From assembly GCF_036321535.1 (NCBI RefSeq), contig NC_087436.1:76200001-76264000 (forward strand): a stretch of DNA of 64,000 nt, in the 5' to 3' direction. The notes beneath the pieces were generated by a model that did not search any database, was not told the DNA's origin, and saw nothing but the letters and a program-made list of their open reading frames with translations. A program made the translations under genes and the position numbers. This document shows positions 1-13,110 of the stretch, one piece after another; position 1 is the first letter of the stretch; the number at the start of each line of letters is the position of its first letter. The DNA is from Camelus dromedarius. Lineage: Eukaryota.

Positions 1-221
1 AGATATTTTCTTCCAAAGAGGGGATTTTTGAGTACCTAAGAGCAAGTCGAAATTGGAAAAACCCAATGTAAGGTACAGTTTGGGAAAGTAAAAACCTCTG
101 ACCACAAGTCCTCTCTCCCTGCTATGAACTCCTACAACTGTGTAACTGTTCCTCATTTATAAAATGTATCGCTCTATACCTGGCGTTAAAGTTGACTGTA
201 TTCATACTGCCATATTCGTAC

Positions 222-708
222 TGACGGGAAGCAGAACATGCCACTCCGGAATGTGCCACTTTAGTGTATTGGATTATTTTATGCTGAAGACAGTCAGGGC
301 CCAGGAGATTCAGGGAGAGCTTTTTACCTCCCTCTTAACTGCCTAAAATCATCTAGATAGGGGACCTGTACCAGGAAGAAAGCTTCTTAAAGATACAACT
401 TTATTTTTTATATCAGAAAGACTTCTCCACATGGTATGGCAAACACTTGTTTACCAAACATTTGATCTCAACTTCCTGTAAATTATCTTCCTCCCATTTG
501 AAGCCCCAGACCCCTCCCTTCTTCTCCTTAGCTCAGGATGGTATGTAAGCCTCAGTTACCAGACTGCTGGGAGAAGTATCATATTTTTATGGGGCTTCTG
601 TAAGTAGGAAATTTATTTTTCTCCCACTAATCTGCCTTCTATTAGTTTAATTTTTAGACCGGCCAAAGGACCTAACAGAAAAGAAGGGAAACTTTTTCTG
701 CCCCAACA
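222..708 (+). mobile_element. Solo LTR, ERV1 class (MER34/MER39-like)
   Basis: TG...CA ends, near-identical 4-bp flanks gtac/atac, typical start and end sequence. Confidence 0.65.
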
Positions 709-1316
709 ATACCTTCCTTCCAACATAAAAGCTCTTCGAGACAGGTCTATGTCTTCTTCATCCCTGTAGTTTTGTACTTGTGGTAGCTCAGTAATTGTTC
801 AATAAATGAAAGCTTGTTTTTGCATGGTCTTTCACAGTATTGAAGTTGGGAGATACAAAACACATAGCCTACAATAAACAACGGCAATACAGTGGGCTTG
901 GGTTTGGACATGAAAGTGTGGTGGGAACAGATCATGATCGTACGTCTGCCTGAAGCAGTTTGAGAGGCTTCGTGGGGAAAATAAAAGACTAATGTGAACT
1001 TGAACATTTATATTATGGAGTCTACTTGTAGGGGTCAGGAGGAGATAGGAGCACAAAGAAACAAGTGGTGGTATGAGGATGTGTGTCTTGTTGGAAAGCT
1101 TCCATACAGCTTGTTGAGAAATAGCACACCAGGATGCACATCAGGAGAGCCAGGTTGGGAAGGGTCTTTCATATCAGCTTGACTTATAGCTGGTAGAAGA
1201 AGAGAAACATGAAGGATATATAGCAGGAGATGATTAAACATTTCAGAAACATTATTCTGGTAGTAGTGAGAACAATGGGTGGAAGGGGCTTGGGGCTCAA
1301 GCAGGAAGACCAGTTG

Positions 1317-1734
1317 TCATTTGTACTGTAGAAAGGGGCACATTGCTGTTCCCTTCCCTGTTTCTTGGGGCTGCCTCCCCAATAAAATACATGCATTTGA
1401 CTCCTTGTATAAGGGTCTCCTTGTAAAAATCCCAAAATCTGTTAAGAGGCAGGAGTTAATGGAAAAGTTAAGCTTGAAGATGCAGAAAAGAGGAGAAATA
1501 ATCATAGAGCAAGGACTCATGAGTTGGCACAAGAGTGGTGGTGATATAGCAGTCTTGATGAGAGCAGTAAAGTTACATACAACTGGGAAGAGAAAAGTGT
1601 GGAAGACTTGCAGCGAATTATAAAAGGTTTCAAGTGAGCTGGACGCTGTAACTGACATTCGGTAGCAAAAAGACACAGGTAGATTATCATGTGTGAAGCA
1701 CATCAAACAGAGGACTTAATAAACATTCTTAAGC
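1317..1734 (-). pseudogene. Decayed exon, most 3' one seen in the window
   Basis: atactttag acceptor; 129-aa track ORF with THDNLPVSF..SLETFYNSLQ (compare GLHxNAxI..L.TILxLQ). Confidence 0.55.
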
Positions 1735-1933
1735 CTAAAGTATTTATCATCTGTCCTGTTGATATTGGTATTTCAAAACCCAGTTTCAAACATAATAGAA
1801 ACTTGAAAGTTATTCTCTATGAATTGCAAACCTAGAGAACAAAATTGACTGTGTCTATAAGGAAAAGAGTTCTTATTCCTTTTGGAGTACAAAGATGAGA
1901 TTCTGCAAAACTGTTTCAAAGTAAACATCTTAC

Positions 1934-1960
1934 TTGTGTTTGGCCTAATATATTAAATCA
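1934..1960 (-). pseudogene. Micro-exon remnant (27 nt)
   Basis: ttcgttttgattttag acceptor, CAA|gtaaga donor. Confidence 0.45.
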
Positions 1961-2629
1961 CTAAAATCAAAACGAAACACAACAACCAGTATTTCAAGAG
2001 ACTTTCAAATAGAAGAATAAAATTTCAGATAACAAGTGGGGTCTGGCAATTTAAAAAAATTCACCACATTGTGCTTTCTTCACATTTTTTACTCTAATAG
2101 CATAGATTAAACTGTTAATAATATACCTTAATGGCCTGATGATAAGAATCAGAGTAGTGATTCCTTCATTCATACAACATTTACCCATAACTTAATCATG
2201 CTGCTGCAGTTCTGTGCCAGACATTGAAGATAAGCCCCAAACACCCCATTCTTCTCCTGGAGGAATTAGCTCTTTAATAAAAGAAACACACATGTAAAGA
2301 AATAATTACAACGTCGTGTGATGAGTGTTAAGGAAGTCTTTCTGCATGATGTGACATTGAAGGTTTGGTGTGGGTCTCTAAGGATGAATGGGCGATTTCA
2401 TAGACTCTGGAAGCTTAGGGAGGGGCAAAATTGGGCAGAGGGAATAGAGAGAGGGATGAGGAATGAGGTTAGAACCAAGTAAAGGGCCGGGTTTTGAAAG
2501 GTCTTAGGTGGCACATGTATCAGTTAAGATTATGTTCTGCTGTAAGGATCCAGATATCAGACTCTAGGGGCTTAAGCAAGTATGGAGTTAGTCTTTCTCA
2601 CATACCTGGTGATCTGGTATAAGGGTTGA

Positions 2630-2850
2630 TAAACACACATGATGCCTGTTTTCTAAGCACTTTACAGAAATTTGACTCATCTAATGCTTATAACAACCCT
2701 TTGCAGCATGTATTATTTTTATCCTTATTTTACAGATGGAGAAGCTAAGACATAGAGTAGTTAAGGATCTTAATGTTGCACAAGTAAGTGGTAGAGTCAG
2801 GTTGAATCCAGATAGTTTGTCTCAAGGGCGTCCTGAGTGACTCCACCGTG
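2630..2850 (-). mobile_element. MIR SINE
   Basis: Core ttattttacagatggagaagctaag. Confidence 0.7.
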
Positions 2851-3000
2851 GACACCACTCTGCTGTCAGGGTGGAGAGGCTTATGTCGAGAAACAGCAGG
2901 GTGAATGCCCCCACCCAACCCCCGCCCAGGTTGGAGCAAGATTGGCACATTGGAAAACTGCAAGGAAGCAGAGACAAGGAAGAAAAGACTCCTATCTTAT

Positions 3001-3065
3001 CTGAACACATCTTTGAGAGATTCAGTTGGAATAACATATTCTGATCATTCAGGATCTCTGTGTTT
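3001..3065 (-). pseudogene. Exon remnant (65 nt) with mutated donor
   Basis: tctcatccttaacag acceptor, CAG|ataaga (GT to AT) donor; SEYVIPTESLKDVF. Confidence 0.6.
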
Positions 3066-4112
3066 CTGTTAAGGATGAGATAATGTTAATTAAACTGGCA
3101 ATTAAATATCCCAGAGCTTTGGACTCTGCTAGACTGCTAAATAGCAGGAAATAAACAAGGACCTATAGGATTAGATGCTCAAGAAAGTTTTGTCAGTGAG
3201 AGGTTAGTAAATACAGCAAGCAGTCACTTTGAGTGGGATTGAAAATTTATTTAATTCTCTAAACTTTATTTATATAGATAATCTTACTCAGTTTGTATAA
3301 TTCTATTTTTAAATGGTGAGTTTGAAATACTTTTATTCTAAATAAATGGATTTTTTATATATAAAAAATGATAGTAAGCTTAGACACAGAAATGCTTTAT
3401 TCTTTCTCTTTTTTTTGGCTTTTTAGATCTTTAAGGCAATCATTATTCTGCCTTGTCTTTATAAAACATATAAAACCTATTGTGAAAAAAAACTATTATG
3501 TCATTCCTTTGTTGAATAATAATAATAATAAAAAAGACTGGTGTCTCTCCTCTGCCTACGGAAGGCACCACAATTGGGCCTGACTCTGTACTTCTAGCCC
3601 CTTCTCTTGCATCTTAATGCTCTGTCCACATGGAATTTTTCTCCATTCTCTCCATGCCCTGTGTCTTACATAGCCAATGCCCTTTCAATCCCTGTGCCCT
3701 CTACGTTGGTTGGCACACCCAGAATGCCTTTGTTCTTACACTCCAGGGGCATATAAGCTCAGCCCTCATCTCCTTCATGAAGCCCCCTATAGCCACCCAG
3801 AGAGATTAATGACCCTCCTCTGTCTTCCCATAACACTGTTCTTACCTGATACTCTTTTTTTTTTTATGATGATGAATAAGGGTTTAATCTCTTCTAACAC
3901 TCAGGTTTAATTAGATGTACTATATTCATAGAACCAAGGGAATTTGAATTGGAAAGAGCCTTAGAGATCAGCTAGGACAACCTTTTCATTTCACCAGAAA
4001 CAACTGAAATTTGAAAGGACTTGTCCAATTTACTATTTCTGGTTAATTCTAGGATTCAAACTAAAAGTATTTCCTAGATCTGTGCTTTTTCCATTATAAC
4101 ATGTTATAGCCA

Positions 4113-4647
4113 TGTGGTAGATAGAATAATTGTTCTCATCTCCTCTGTTTCCCCCCTGCCTTAAGATGTATGTCTACATTCTACTCCACGGAACTTGTGA
4201 ATATGTTAGGTTATATGACAAAGGGAAGTTAAGGTTGTAGATGGAATTAAGGGTGCTAATTAGCTGAATTTAAAATAAAGAGATTATTCTGGGTTTTCTG
4301 ACTGAGCCCAGTACATAAGAGTCCTTTAAAAGTAGAAGAGGAAGGCAGAAAAGCATCAAAATGATGTGATGTGAGAAAGATTTGACTGACATTTGCTGGC
4401 TTTAAAGATGGAAGGGGACCATGAGCCAAGGAGTAAGGGCAGCCTTCAGAAGCTGAAAAAGGCAAGAAAATGATTTCTCTCCTCTGAAGGCTCTGAAAGG
4501 AGTATAGGCTTTCCAATACTTTGATTCTAGCCCAGTGAGACCCATTTCAAACTTCTGATCTTCACAACTATGAGATGATAAACATGTGTTGTTTTAAGCC
4601 ACTAAATTTGTGATAATTTATTACAGCAACAATAGGAAACTATTACA
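4113..4647 (+). mobile_element. MaLR LTR (MLT1C/D-like)
   Basis: tgtggtag start, ttttaagccactaaatttgtg...acagcaacaataggaaactattaca end. Confidence 0.8.
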
Positions 4648-4845
4648 GGCACTTAAGCCAAGTAGTTTAAATGGATAACTCAAAGCTTAATAAAGAGGAT
4701 TTGAACACCAGATAAATAACATGTATAGTTATTTATTTAAAGGTATGTTTTATTTTGACAACTTTGGATTCATTCTGAATATTTTTGTTTATTTAGTCAT
4801 TCATCCATAAAAAAGCTATTGAATGTGTGACATTTGCTGTACTGG

Positions 4846-5735
4846 TGTATGGTCAGGCACCCGGATGGCTGTTCTCTTGCTCTCTGTACATCCCCTGCTG
4901 ACAGGTGCCTGTTTCACCTACACGCAACTCACATGACATACCTTCCTACATACTTGCTCTCAGCCCCAACCAGTGACTGTTATAACCTTTAGATCAGAAC
5001 AGCTCCACCATCATAGTTTATCAAAAGGTTGGTGAGGGGGGTGCCCTCTGCTAGTTTACCTGGTAACCAATGAGCCAACCTATCAGTTTCCCCTGTAACT
5101 GCACTGCCTCTGCTCCCCACCCCCCCACCACCCAGCCCTGGAGCAAAGACTGCCACCATGTCCTGCCTGCCCTCTGCCACACACAGTGGGGTGTGGCTCC
5201 AGAACCTTGCTTCAGACATGTAAGATGCCCCTATCCACTGAACCATTGATGTCTCTGTCACTGAGTCTGAGTTCTTCAGTGTTGGCTGCACAAGTACAGG
5301 GCTGGCAGGCCTGCATTGTTCAGCGCAACAACTACCACTGTCGTAGACTGAATTATTGGCCCTAATGTTTTCACCCCTTCCCTGCATCCACATTCTTACC
5401 ATGGCCTCAGGATGCCTGAAGTGACTTTGGAATTGGCCACATGCCTTGCTTTGGCCAGTGGTATGTGGGCAGAAGTGACAGTTTTGAGCCAAGACTTAAG
5501 AGGCCTCACATAATTCTGCTTGCTCTCTTACGCCTTTGTCATTCTGTTGCCTTAAGAAGAGCTCCCCCTTGTCTTCTGCTTCCTAGCCTGGACAACACAC
5601 AAAACACTTAGAGTAGCATACCCACCCAGCTGACCCATGGGCCTGAGAGTCAAATAAATGCTTATTGTTCTATGCCACTGGTACCATTGGGTTTGTTATA
5701 TTACCCTGTTATGGCACGAGCTGGCTGGAGCTACT
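4846..5735 (+). mobile_element. ERV LTR-like segment (about 4846-5330) followed by an MLT1-type LTR (about 5339-5735)
   Basis: LTR-like composition; MLT1 3' signature aataaatgcttattgttctatgccactg. Confidence 0.55.
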
Positions 5736-6082
5736 GTATAAGCCAACGATCTAAACACACTTTCATAGAGACTCCAATAGAGGAATATGCAGTATAATAC
5801 CAGTATTTCAGAATACAGAGGAGACCTCCATCAAAGCACCTCATCTAGGAGAGTCAAGGAAGACTTCACAGATGAAGGGACATTTGAGCTGAGTCATAAA
5901 AGATGAATTTAATTTCTATAGATGGATAAAGAATACAGGTGTGTAGATAGGAAAGATTGTGCAGGGTAATTACAATACCTTTAAGCATATTTAAAGAGAA
6001 TTTAGAGTTTCAGCTGAAGGAGCTGGTAAATGTGCCCCTGGTTTACTTTGGTTTTGCTTTTTAAGTAATTTTTCTATAGAAC

Positions 6083-6165
6083 CTGCAAAGTAATATTTCT
6101 CAGGCAGTTTGTTAAACAGATGTCACGTCTGCTCTCTGCGATAATAATCACATTGTGGTATACCT
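6083..6165 (-). pseudogene. Exon remnant (83 nt)
   Basis: Long pyrimidine tract plus aag acceptor; EVYHNVIIIAESRRDICLTNCL at the position of EIxYGG..DRRLL. Confidence 0.6.
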
Positions 6166-6908
6166 CTTTAAGAGAGTAAGAGAGCAGAGAAGCAAGGAAT
6201 GAAACCAGACTAGTTTTGGGAGGCTCCTCGTGGTCCAGGTAGAGTCTATACCTCTTTATGGGTAGAGGTGGGGAGGGGATCAATCTCTTGTCTCTCCTCT
6301 TATGCCCCAGAGAACACTACCAAAATCACACCTCTTTTTCTGAGATTATTTTTAATGCAGAATTATTCTTACAAGCTGAGTTGCTCTTGGCTCTCTGAAT
6401 TCTCAAGTGGTCTTAACTGAACACGGAAGTCAATAACTAGTAAGAAGAATTAACAGATTATGAATAGATCATGCCTGTTATTTGTTAACTATGTGGTTAG
6501 TAGTGCTAATAATATCAAAGCCATTGTTTTATTTTCTGGATGTTTTGGTCTCTACTGAGCTCTGGGGCATCCAACTGTACCCTAATACTAGTTAGCCATT
6601 TCTTAAAATGCACATTTTAAGCCACAAGGGGAAGAGAAGAGAGTATAGTGTTCTTCTTTTCTAGGGAGAACAGCATAATTTTCCAAATGACCCTGGGTCA
6701 GTAATATTTTTGTCCAATAAGATACGTGTATGTTATATTCACCATTTCAACAGAGTTTTATAATTCATTCAAAAGCAGTCTTGGGAATACTTAAAGGCAT
6801 GTGCACATTGCGATGTCTGCTGAACCTCCCTCTAACATATCTGAAATTTACAATTTTAATTCATATGTAGTGTATTTTTGCTACTTAAAAAATTTCATAT
6901 TCACGTAC

Positions 6909-7175
6909 CCAGATTCTATGCAACCTGCAGGAAAATATGCATATTCTATCTCTGTGGGAAATGGTACGCCGTTCTAGCATAAGCAGGGTTGAAGATGTTA
7001 ATGAAGAGGGATCTGCAAGTGTAACTAATATGATCTTCTATTTAAACAATTCACAAATAAGTACCATGGTTGGATTTAGATGCCAGATGTCAAACCACAT
7101 AGTAATATAGATACAGTTGCTTGCCTCCCTGTCACTGGTCGCCAGAAAGAAACAGATGGTTAAAAAGATATGTAG
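6909..7175 (-). pseudogene. Decayed exon, AAA6 lid (267 nt)
   Basis: ccttgcctcag acceptor, TGG|gtacgt donor; LHIFLTICFFLATSDRE (compare LLFxLCFFHAVVQER), one stop in that frame. Confidence 0.7.
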
Positions 7176-8119
7176 CTGAGGCAAGGCATGGAAATAGGAA
7201 ACCACAGAGCAGAAATTCTGCCATTTAAGCAACAGTAATTTTCTAGTCTGGAAAACCTGGCTGTTTTATACCTCTACTTATACACTTAAGCAGCTTCAAT
7301 GTGAAACAAAGCAAAAATAGTCCAAACAAGGTTGGCAACTGGCGAATTTTGCAATGCATAATTACATCTCAAAAATCTCGGAGGCAGACGCACAACAGTA
7401 AAAAGTAAACACTTGTATGCAGTTGAACACAATTATGTGGTGGTTATTACCTAAGCTCATTATAGCTTCAGAAGGGGCTCTGTGAACTTGTGCTCTAACT
7501 AGAAGGTCAGGCAAAATGCAAATAAGAACCAGATTTGAAAGCAAGTGACAAAAAAAAAAAAAAACATACAATTTACACTGAGAGTCTATAATTTGGCTTT
7601 TAAAAATAATCCTCAGCAAGAATCATCCTCATTACAATAATGGCTTGTTTATTCTGCACAACTTGTTTGCAATTACAGCCCCTCTTTCAAAGCTGGTTTC
7701 AACAGGAAATAAGAGCATGCAAAAAAGAGAGAGCTTTGTGGTTGGTCAGTTGTTATAATTAGAGTGGATGCATGTATGTATCATAAAACCATTTATGCCT
7801 TTACTCCAGATCTTTTAATTTCAGATTCCTGTCATTGAAATTGAAAGCCTCACATAGTCTATTATTCTAAAGAAATCATTATAATTGAATTTCTAATGAG
7901 GGTGTCTATGGACCTTTGTTCTTGGTATTTCCATTATAGAATTGGAGTCCTATGCATCTATTATGGTCAGGTGACCATGAAATGATGAGCTACAGCTGTT
8001 ACAGGACATGTCTCTACTGGGCTTAATTCATAGCAAATACACAGTTTATTGCCAATGTAGTTCCTCACTCATTTCTCTAAATATTCACTCAAATATTCAT
8101 GAGTGGGATACCTGTAACA

Positions 8120-8660
8120 AGGAGGTCATGGTTAAGGATGCCAGGCTGCCTGAGTTTGAATCCTGGCCCCCTCTTTACTAGTTCTATGACCTTGGCACTT
8201 TGTGCCTCAGTTTCCTCTTCAAATGAAGATTATTTTAGTATCTCTCTCATAGGATTGTTGTGAAGATAAACTGAATGAATACACTTGAAGTGCTTGAGGG
8301 TACCTGGCACATAGTAATATGCTATTTATTATTTGCTGGGCCTTGGCGACAGAGCAGTGAACAAGATAGAGCTGGTCTATATGCTCATAGAACTTATGTT
8401 CAGGGAAAAAGGAAGGTGGCATTAAGCAACCAATCATCCACTTAATTATTTAATTACATTAGTGATAAGGGAAATAAGTGTGATGATATTGTATAAACAG
8501 GGGACTTGACCTGTTCTGGGCAGATTTGGGGCTTTCAAAAAGAAATGACTTTAAAGACCTGAGGCATAAGTAGGAGTTATTTGGGAGAATAGATTTTAGG
8601 AGAACATTTAGGGAAGTTGTTCTCCATATAAGAGCCATAGAAGAAATGAAATGCTTCATG
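8120..8660. mobile_element. MIR followed by an L2 3' fragment
   Basis: gcctcagtttcctc core and cctggcacatagtaa; L2-like tail. Confidence 0.65.
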
Positions 8661-8751
8661 TAAGAAAGTGCATAGAACTCATAATTAGAGACCCTATGGC
8701 TGGAAGCAACTCAAACAGTTACAAAAATGATGGCAAATTGAGTTTTCTTAC

Positions 8752-8896
8752 CATTGATTCCTTTTGTTCTTCCAATTGGAGTCTTCCATCCTTCACAAAC
8801 CTTTCATCTGTGCAACTCACTGTGAAATCCTTGGTTTTCCGTTGGTGCAGATGCCTTCTTACTAGTTCCTGACAAAGTTGTTTTCCACTGTACCTT
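8752..8896 (-). pseudogene. Decayed exon
   Basis: Strong ATG|gtaaga donor; track ORF 8719-8928; acceptor approximate. Confidence 0.55.
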
Positions 8897-9722
8897 CTTG
8901 TTTTCAGGAAGTCAAAGTCCCAATTCAAAAATACAGGAAAATAGATGTGTAATAATTATATATAATATACATATTTATTTGTATGTATTTGTATACAATT
9001 TTACATTAAATTTATAACTTTTTTTAACCAATTGGATTCAGACCATATGTAGAATTTCATTTTTTTTAAAGATTTTTTTAGTTTTATTGTAAGTTTCATG
9101 ATACTCCTTGAAAATAAGGTTTTAAAGTGTTTTAAAACATAATGCATCACTATTCTTTAATTCATTTACTCATTAGACATTTACTTTGTTCCCAAGTTTT
9201 AGCCATTATAAATAATGCTATAAAAACATCTTTCCAGAACTCTTTGGGCAAATCTTAAAGTAGATTCCTAGGAATAGGATTAATATATCAAGGACCGTGG
9301 ACTTCTTTTTAAAGGTCTTTGTACATGTAGTAAAATTGCTTATAGAAATATCATATCAAATTTATCAGCACTAAATGAGATTGCCGATTTCAATAGTTTT
9401 TCAACATTATTGAATATTGATAAATAAAACATGGAAAATCATTTTAATTTAGTTAATTTAGTTAGCATTGTTTACCTGTTCATATTTATTTTACTTTCTC
9501 CATGAATCATCAGATCTTTGTCTTTTGCCAGTTTTTCTACTAGGATTCTAATGTTTTCACACTACTTGTTAGAGCCCTTTTTATATTAAAGTCAATAATC
9601 CTTTGCCTGCTGTATATGAGGAAGATTTTTTATTTTTAGTTTCCCCTTTTATTTTGATGTTTATATTTTTAGTGTTTAGGACTTAAATTTTTATGTGGTT
9701 GAATCTGTAGAAGATTCTGTTT

Positions 9723-9758
<36 letters not shown>

Positions 9759-10071
9759 TTTGTGATTAAAATCCTTCTCACCTGTCCTCCTCCTTATATG
9801 GAATATATATATTCCATATAAATATTCCATTTGAGCCTCTCAGTTTTCTAAATTATTACTCCTAAACTTAGACCCAGATTTATAGGCACACAGTAAGTGG
9901 TGAGTATTTAAGCCACTTCGAGTGGTTATTGAGTTATTTAGAGGTACTTCCTAATGAGCACTATTGTGAAGCTGTTAAAATAATAACTTCAACCTCTTGT
10001 GTCCTTTCTACTATCTTTGTTCACATTGCATTTCAAACAGATGAATCTTGTGATGTGTGGCTAGTATTTAC

Positions 10072-10123
10072 CCTTCCCTGAGTTCTGTAATGTTTTCCTC
10101 AATTGAACTTTCAGGATTCTGGT
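10072..10123 (-). pseudogene. Small exon remnant (52 nt, candidate)
   Basis: ttttatgtttatgtaag acceptor, AGG|gtaaat donor. Confidence 0.4.
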
Positions 10124-10589
10124 CTTACATAAACATAAAATGAAATTCATCTTCTCAAAATCTCTTTATTGGCCATTAGCTTAATATAAAGGAAACAAAA
10201 ATCAACCAGAATTACAATGTGAACTGGTGAATAACTTGACTTGCTTATTAATATGTAGTGATGTTTCTAAAAGATTTAGGATTATAGACATTTATATATA
10301 TGTTGTTTATCATCTATCTACATGGCAGGGTTGTACTTAGAACAGTTAAAAGCTAAAACTGGTTTCTATGGCCAAGTTTTCCTTAAAGCCAGAGGATCAT
10401 CTAGTGTGCTATTTCATACAGACTCTTACTAGTTAAGTCAACTAAGAATTTTTCTATTCAACTTCATTGGACTTTTTATGTATATAGAATGAAAGTATGT
10501 TGAAAACATTATATATATGTATTGCAAGACAAATTTATTTGTTGAGCTATAATATTTTAAACAAATATTTTTAAAATTGTATCTATTTA

Positions 10590-10709
10590 GGCTAAATTTT
10601 TTCCATGGAGTTTCTAACTGTTCCAATGATGTCAGCATTGACAGTTTTAGAGCTTTGCATTCAGAATTATCTTCAAACCAGTTTATAAATCATGAACAAG
10701 TATCCAGGC
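10590..10709 (-). pseudogene. Decayed exon, AAA6
   Basis: Strong ctttttcttttctcttttgag acceptor; begins AWILVHDL (compare WVLLQNCHL); donor uncertain. Confidence 0.5.
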
Positions 10710-10950
10710 CTCAAAAGAGAAAAGAAAAAGGCCCACAACTAAAGTTGATTTTATCTCTTATTTATTATATTTGAACAAATGAGGAATATTTGACTCAATT
10801 ATTAATGGTAGTCAAATGAATGTATTCTAAACTTTGAAGTTGTTTGAAGTATCTTGCAACACACACAACACATACATGCACACATACTACAGAAGTATCT
10901 TAAGTAGCTGAGGAAACTTTGATGAATAGAAATAAATATAAGAACACAGT

Positions 10951-11199
10951 ATATGTGGAATATTAAAAAATGACAAATGAACTTATTTACAGAACAAAAA
11001 CAGACTCACAGACATAGAAAACAAACTTATGGTTAGCAAAGGGGAAAGTGAGGGGTAAATTAGGAGTTTAGGATTAACAGATACAAACTACTATATACAA
11101 ATAAATAAACAACAAGGTCCTACAGTAGAGCACAGGGAACTATATTCAATAGCTTGTAATAATCTATAATGAAAAGAATATGAAAAGAATACATACATA

Positions 11200-11254
<55 letters not shown>

Positions 11255-11320
11255 CTGAATCACTAAGCTGTGCACCAGAAACTAACACATTGTAAATCAA
11301 CTGTATCTCAATTAAAAAAA
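10951..11320 (+). mobile_element. L1 3' UTR fragment (artiodactyl type) with internal (TG)n(TA)n
   Basis: acagactcacagacatagaaaacaaacttatgg, poly-A tail, target-site duplication aagaaca(c/t)agta. Confidence 0.85.
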
Positions 11321-12231
11321 AAGAACATAGTAAAGTACTATATTATCCTATAGAAGTGCGCCTATTTCTTATTTTCCATAGTTGTTAGAGGTAGGTTATA
11401 AATTTGTTTCTAACCTTACTTGTAGTCAGAGGAAAGAAAAACAAAATCAGTTATATAATGCATAGGGTCCATAATACAAAAAGGCACTATTGTCTCGGAG
11501 AAGTAGACTTTTTCTGATAGTATGAGCAAAATATTTAAAATATCAGAAAATAATACACATAAAATAAAAAGCAAACTGGAAAAATGAAATGGATGTGATA
11601 CTAAAAAGGGTTAATGGCTCTTATGTATTTTAATGACAAAAGGATGAGCACTCTAATAGAAAAAGAGGTAAGGGACGTGAACAGGCAATCCTCAAAAAAG
11701 AAATACAAATGACTAAAAACCATTTTTGAAACCCTGATCTTATTAGAAATAATAGAAATGCAAATTGAAACATCAAATAGAAGTCAGTTTTTTACATATC
11801 AAATTGCCAAAAACTAATACACATTTTTTGTAAGGATTCAGCAAACCAACAGTCTCAAGCACTGCTTGATATAATTTTTCTGAAAGGTATGTTTGCAATA
11901 CATACAAAAGGTCTTAATAGTCTACTTACTGTTTGACTCAGCAATTTTTCTACTAGAAATATATCCTCAGGAAATCCAAGATCTAAACAAAGCTTTGTGT
12001 AGCTGCAAAAAAGCTACTAGCAATATTGTTTACAATAAGGAAAACTCAAGTATTCTCAACAAGACTCAACAATGAAGATTTTATTTTAATAAATTATGGG
12101 ACATCTCATCTATTAGAATAACAGTGAAACTATAGATAGATATTTCTTGATGTGCTAAGATGTTCACATTACACTGATTAGAGCAAAATCAGGTTGTAAA
12201 ACAATCATGTAAAGTATTATTTTATACCTAA

Positions 12232-12650
12232 TGTTATTAACTGAATTGGGTCCCCCTCTCCCCATTTATATGTTGAAGCCCTAATCCCCCATGTGAATAC
12301 ATGGGAAGATAGGGCCTTTAAAGAAATAATTAAGGTTAAATGAGGTCATAAGTGTGGGACCCTAATCCGATAGGACTAGTATATTTATAAGAGGAAGAGG
12401 TGCCAGAGATGTGTCGCATCCACACCCCCATCTTCCTGCTGCAGTGTGAACACACAGAGGAGAAGGCCATATGAGGACACAGTAAGAAGGAGGCTGTCTG
12501 CAAGCCAGTGAGATTGGTCTCACCAGAAACTCACTCTGCCACACCTTGATCTGGGGACTCCCAGCCTGAAGAACTGTGAGAAAATACATTTCTGTTGTTT
12601 AAGCCACCAAGTTGTGGCATTTTCTTAGGGCAGCCAGAGCAAACCACTAT
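12232..12650 (+). mobile_element. MaLR LTR (MLT1A/B-like) inside an old L1M fragment
   Basis: taaggttaaatgaggtcata, ttctgttgtttaagccacc. Confidence 0.8.
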
Positions 12651-12849
12651 AGTTAACAAATCTTTTAATATACTAGCATAGAAAATTAGCCGAGAAAGTC
12701 AGACTCCAAAGATTTATCATTATTGACATTGAGTAGTGGGGGTTATGAGTATTTTAAACAACTTTCTTCATTTTTCATACTGTCTTCTAATTTTTCTAGA
12801 ATGTAAAGAAATAAAAAACATAGCTTTCCATTTAAAAAACAAGAGGATT

Positions 12850-13110
12850 CTCTTTTGGTGGGGCTGATGATGTTTTCAACAACTTCTGTTATACAGTAAT
12901 GAATTTTATATGCCTCTTTCTAATAATAATCCTCTGTGTAGGTTTGTGTCAAACATTGCAGCATAATTCCTTTACAAGCAATTATGTAAAGGTAAAATTA
13001 TGGCTTTTAAGCATCACTTGCTGATCAAATTTGGAATTAGAATATTTAAAGAAGTAAAAGAACAGCATGACCAGTTTTTCAGGAAAGCTTCAATAAATAA
13101 ATTTTGGAAA
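12850..13110 (-). pseudogene. Possible decayed exon, boundaries unclear
   Basis: Non-repeat island between L1 and MIR fragments with protein-like minus frames, at the position expected for the AAA6 start. Confidence 0.3.

Noticed and set aside
4989..5492. 167-aa minus-strand ORF
   Set aside because: Lies across two LTR fragments; chance open frame.
6080..6175. Plus-strand 96-nt open AG...GT segment
   Set aside because: Antisense shadow of the 6083-6165 minus-strand exon, which has the better pyrimidine tract and motif fit.
12942..12991. Plus-strand 50-nt AG...GT segment (LCQTLQHNSFTSNYVK)
   Set aside because: No recognisable protein and no partner exons; it overlaps a candidate minus-strand pseudo-exon.
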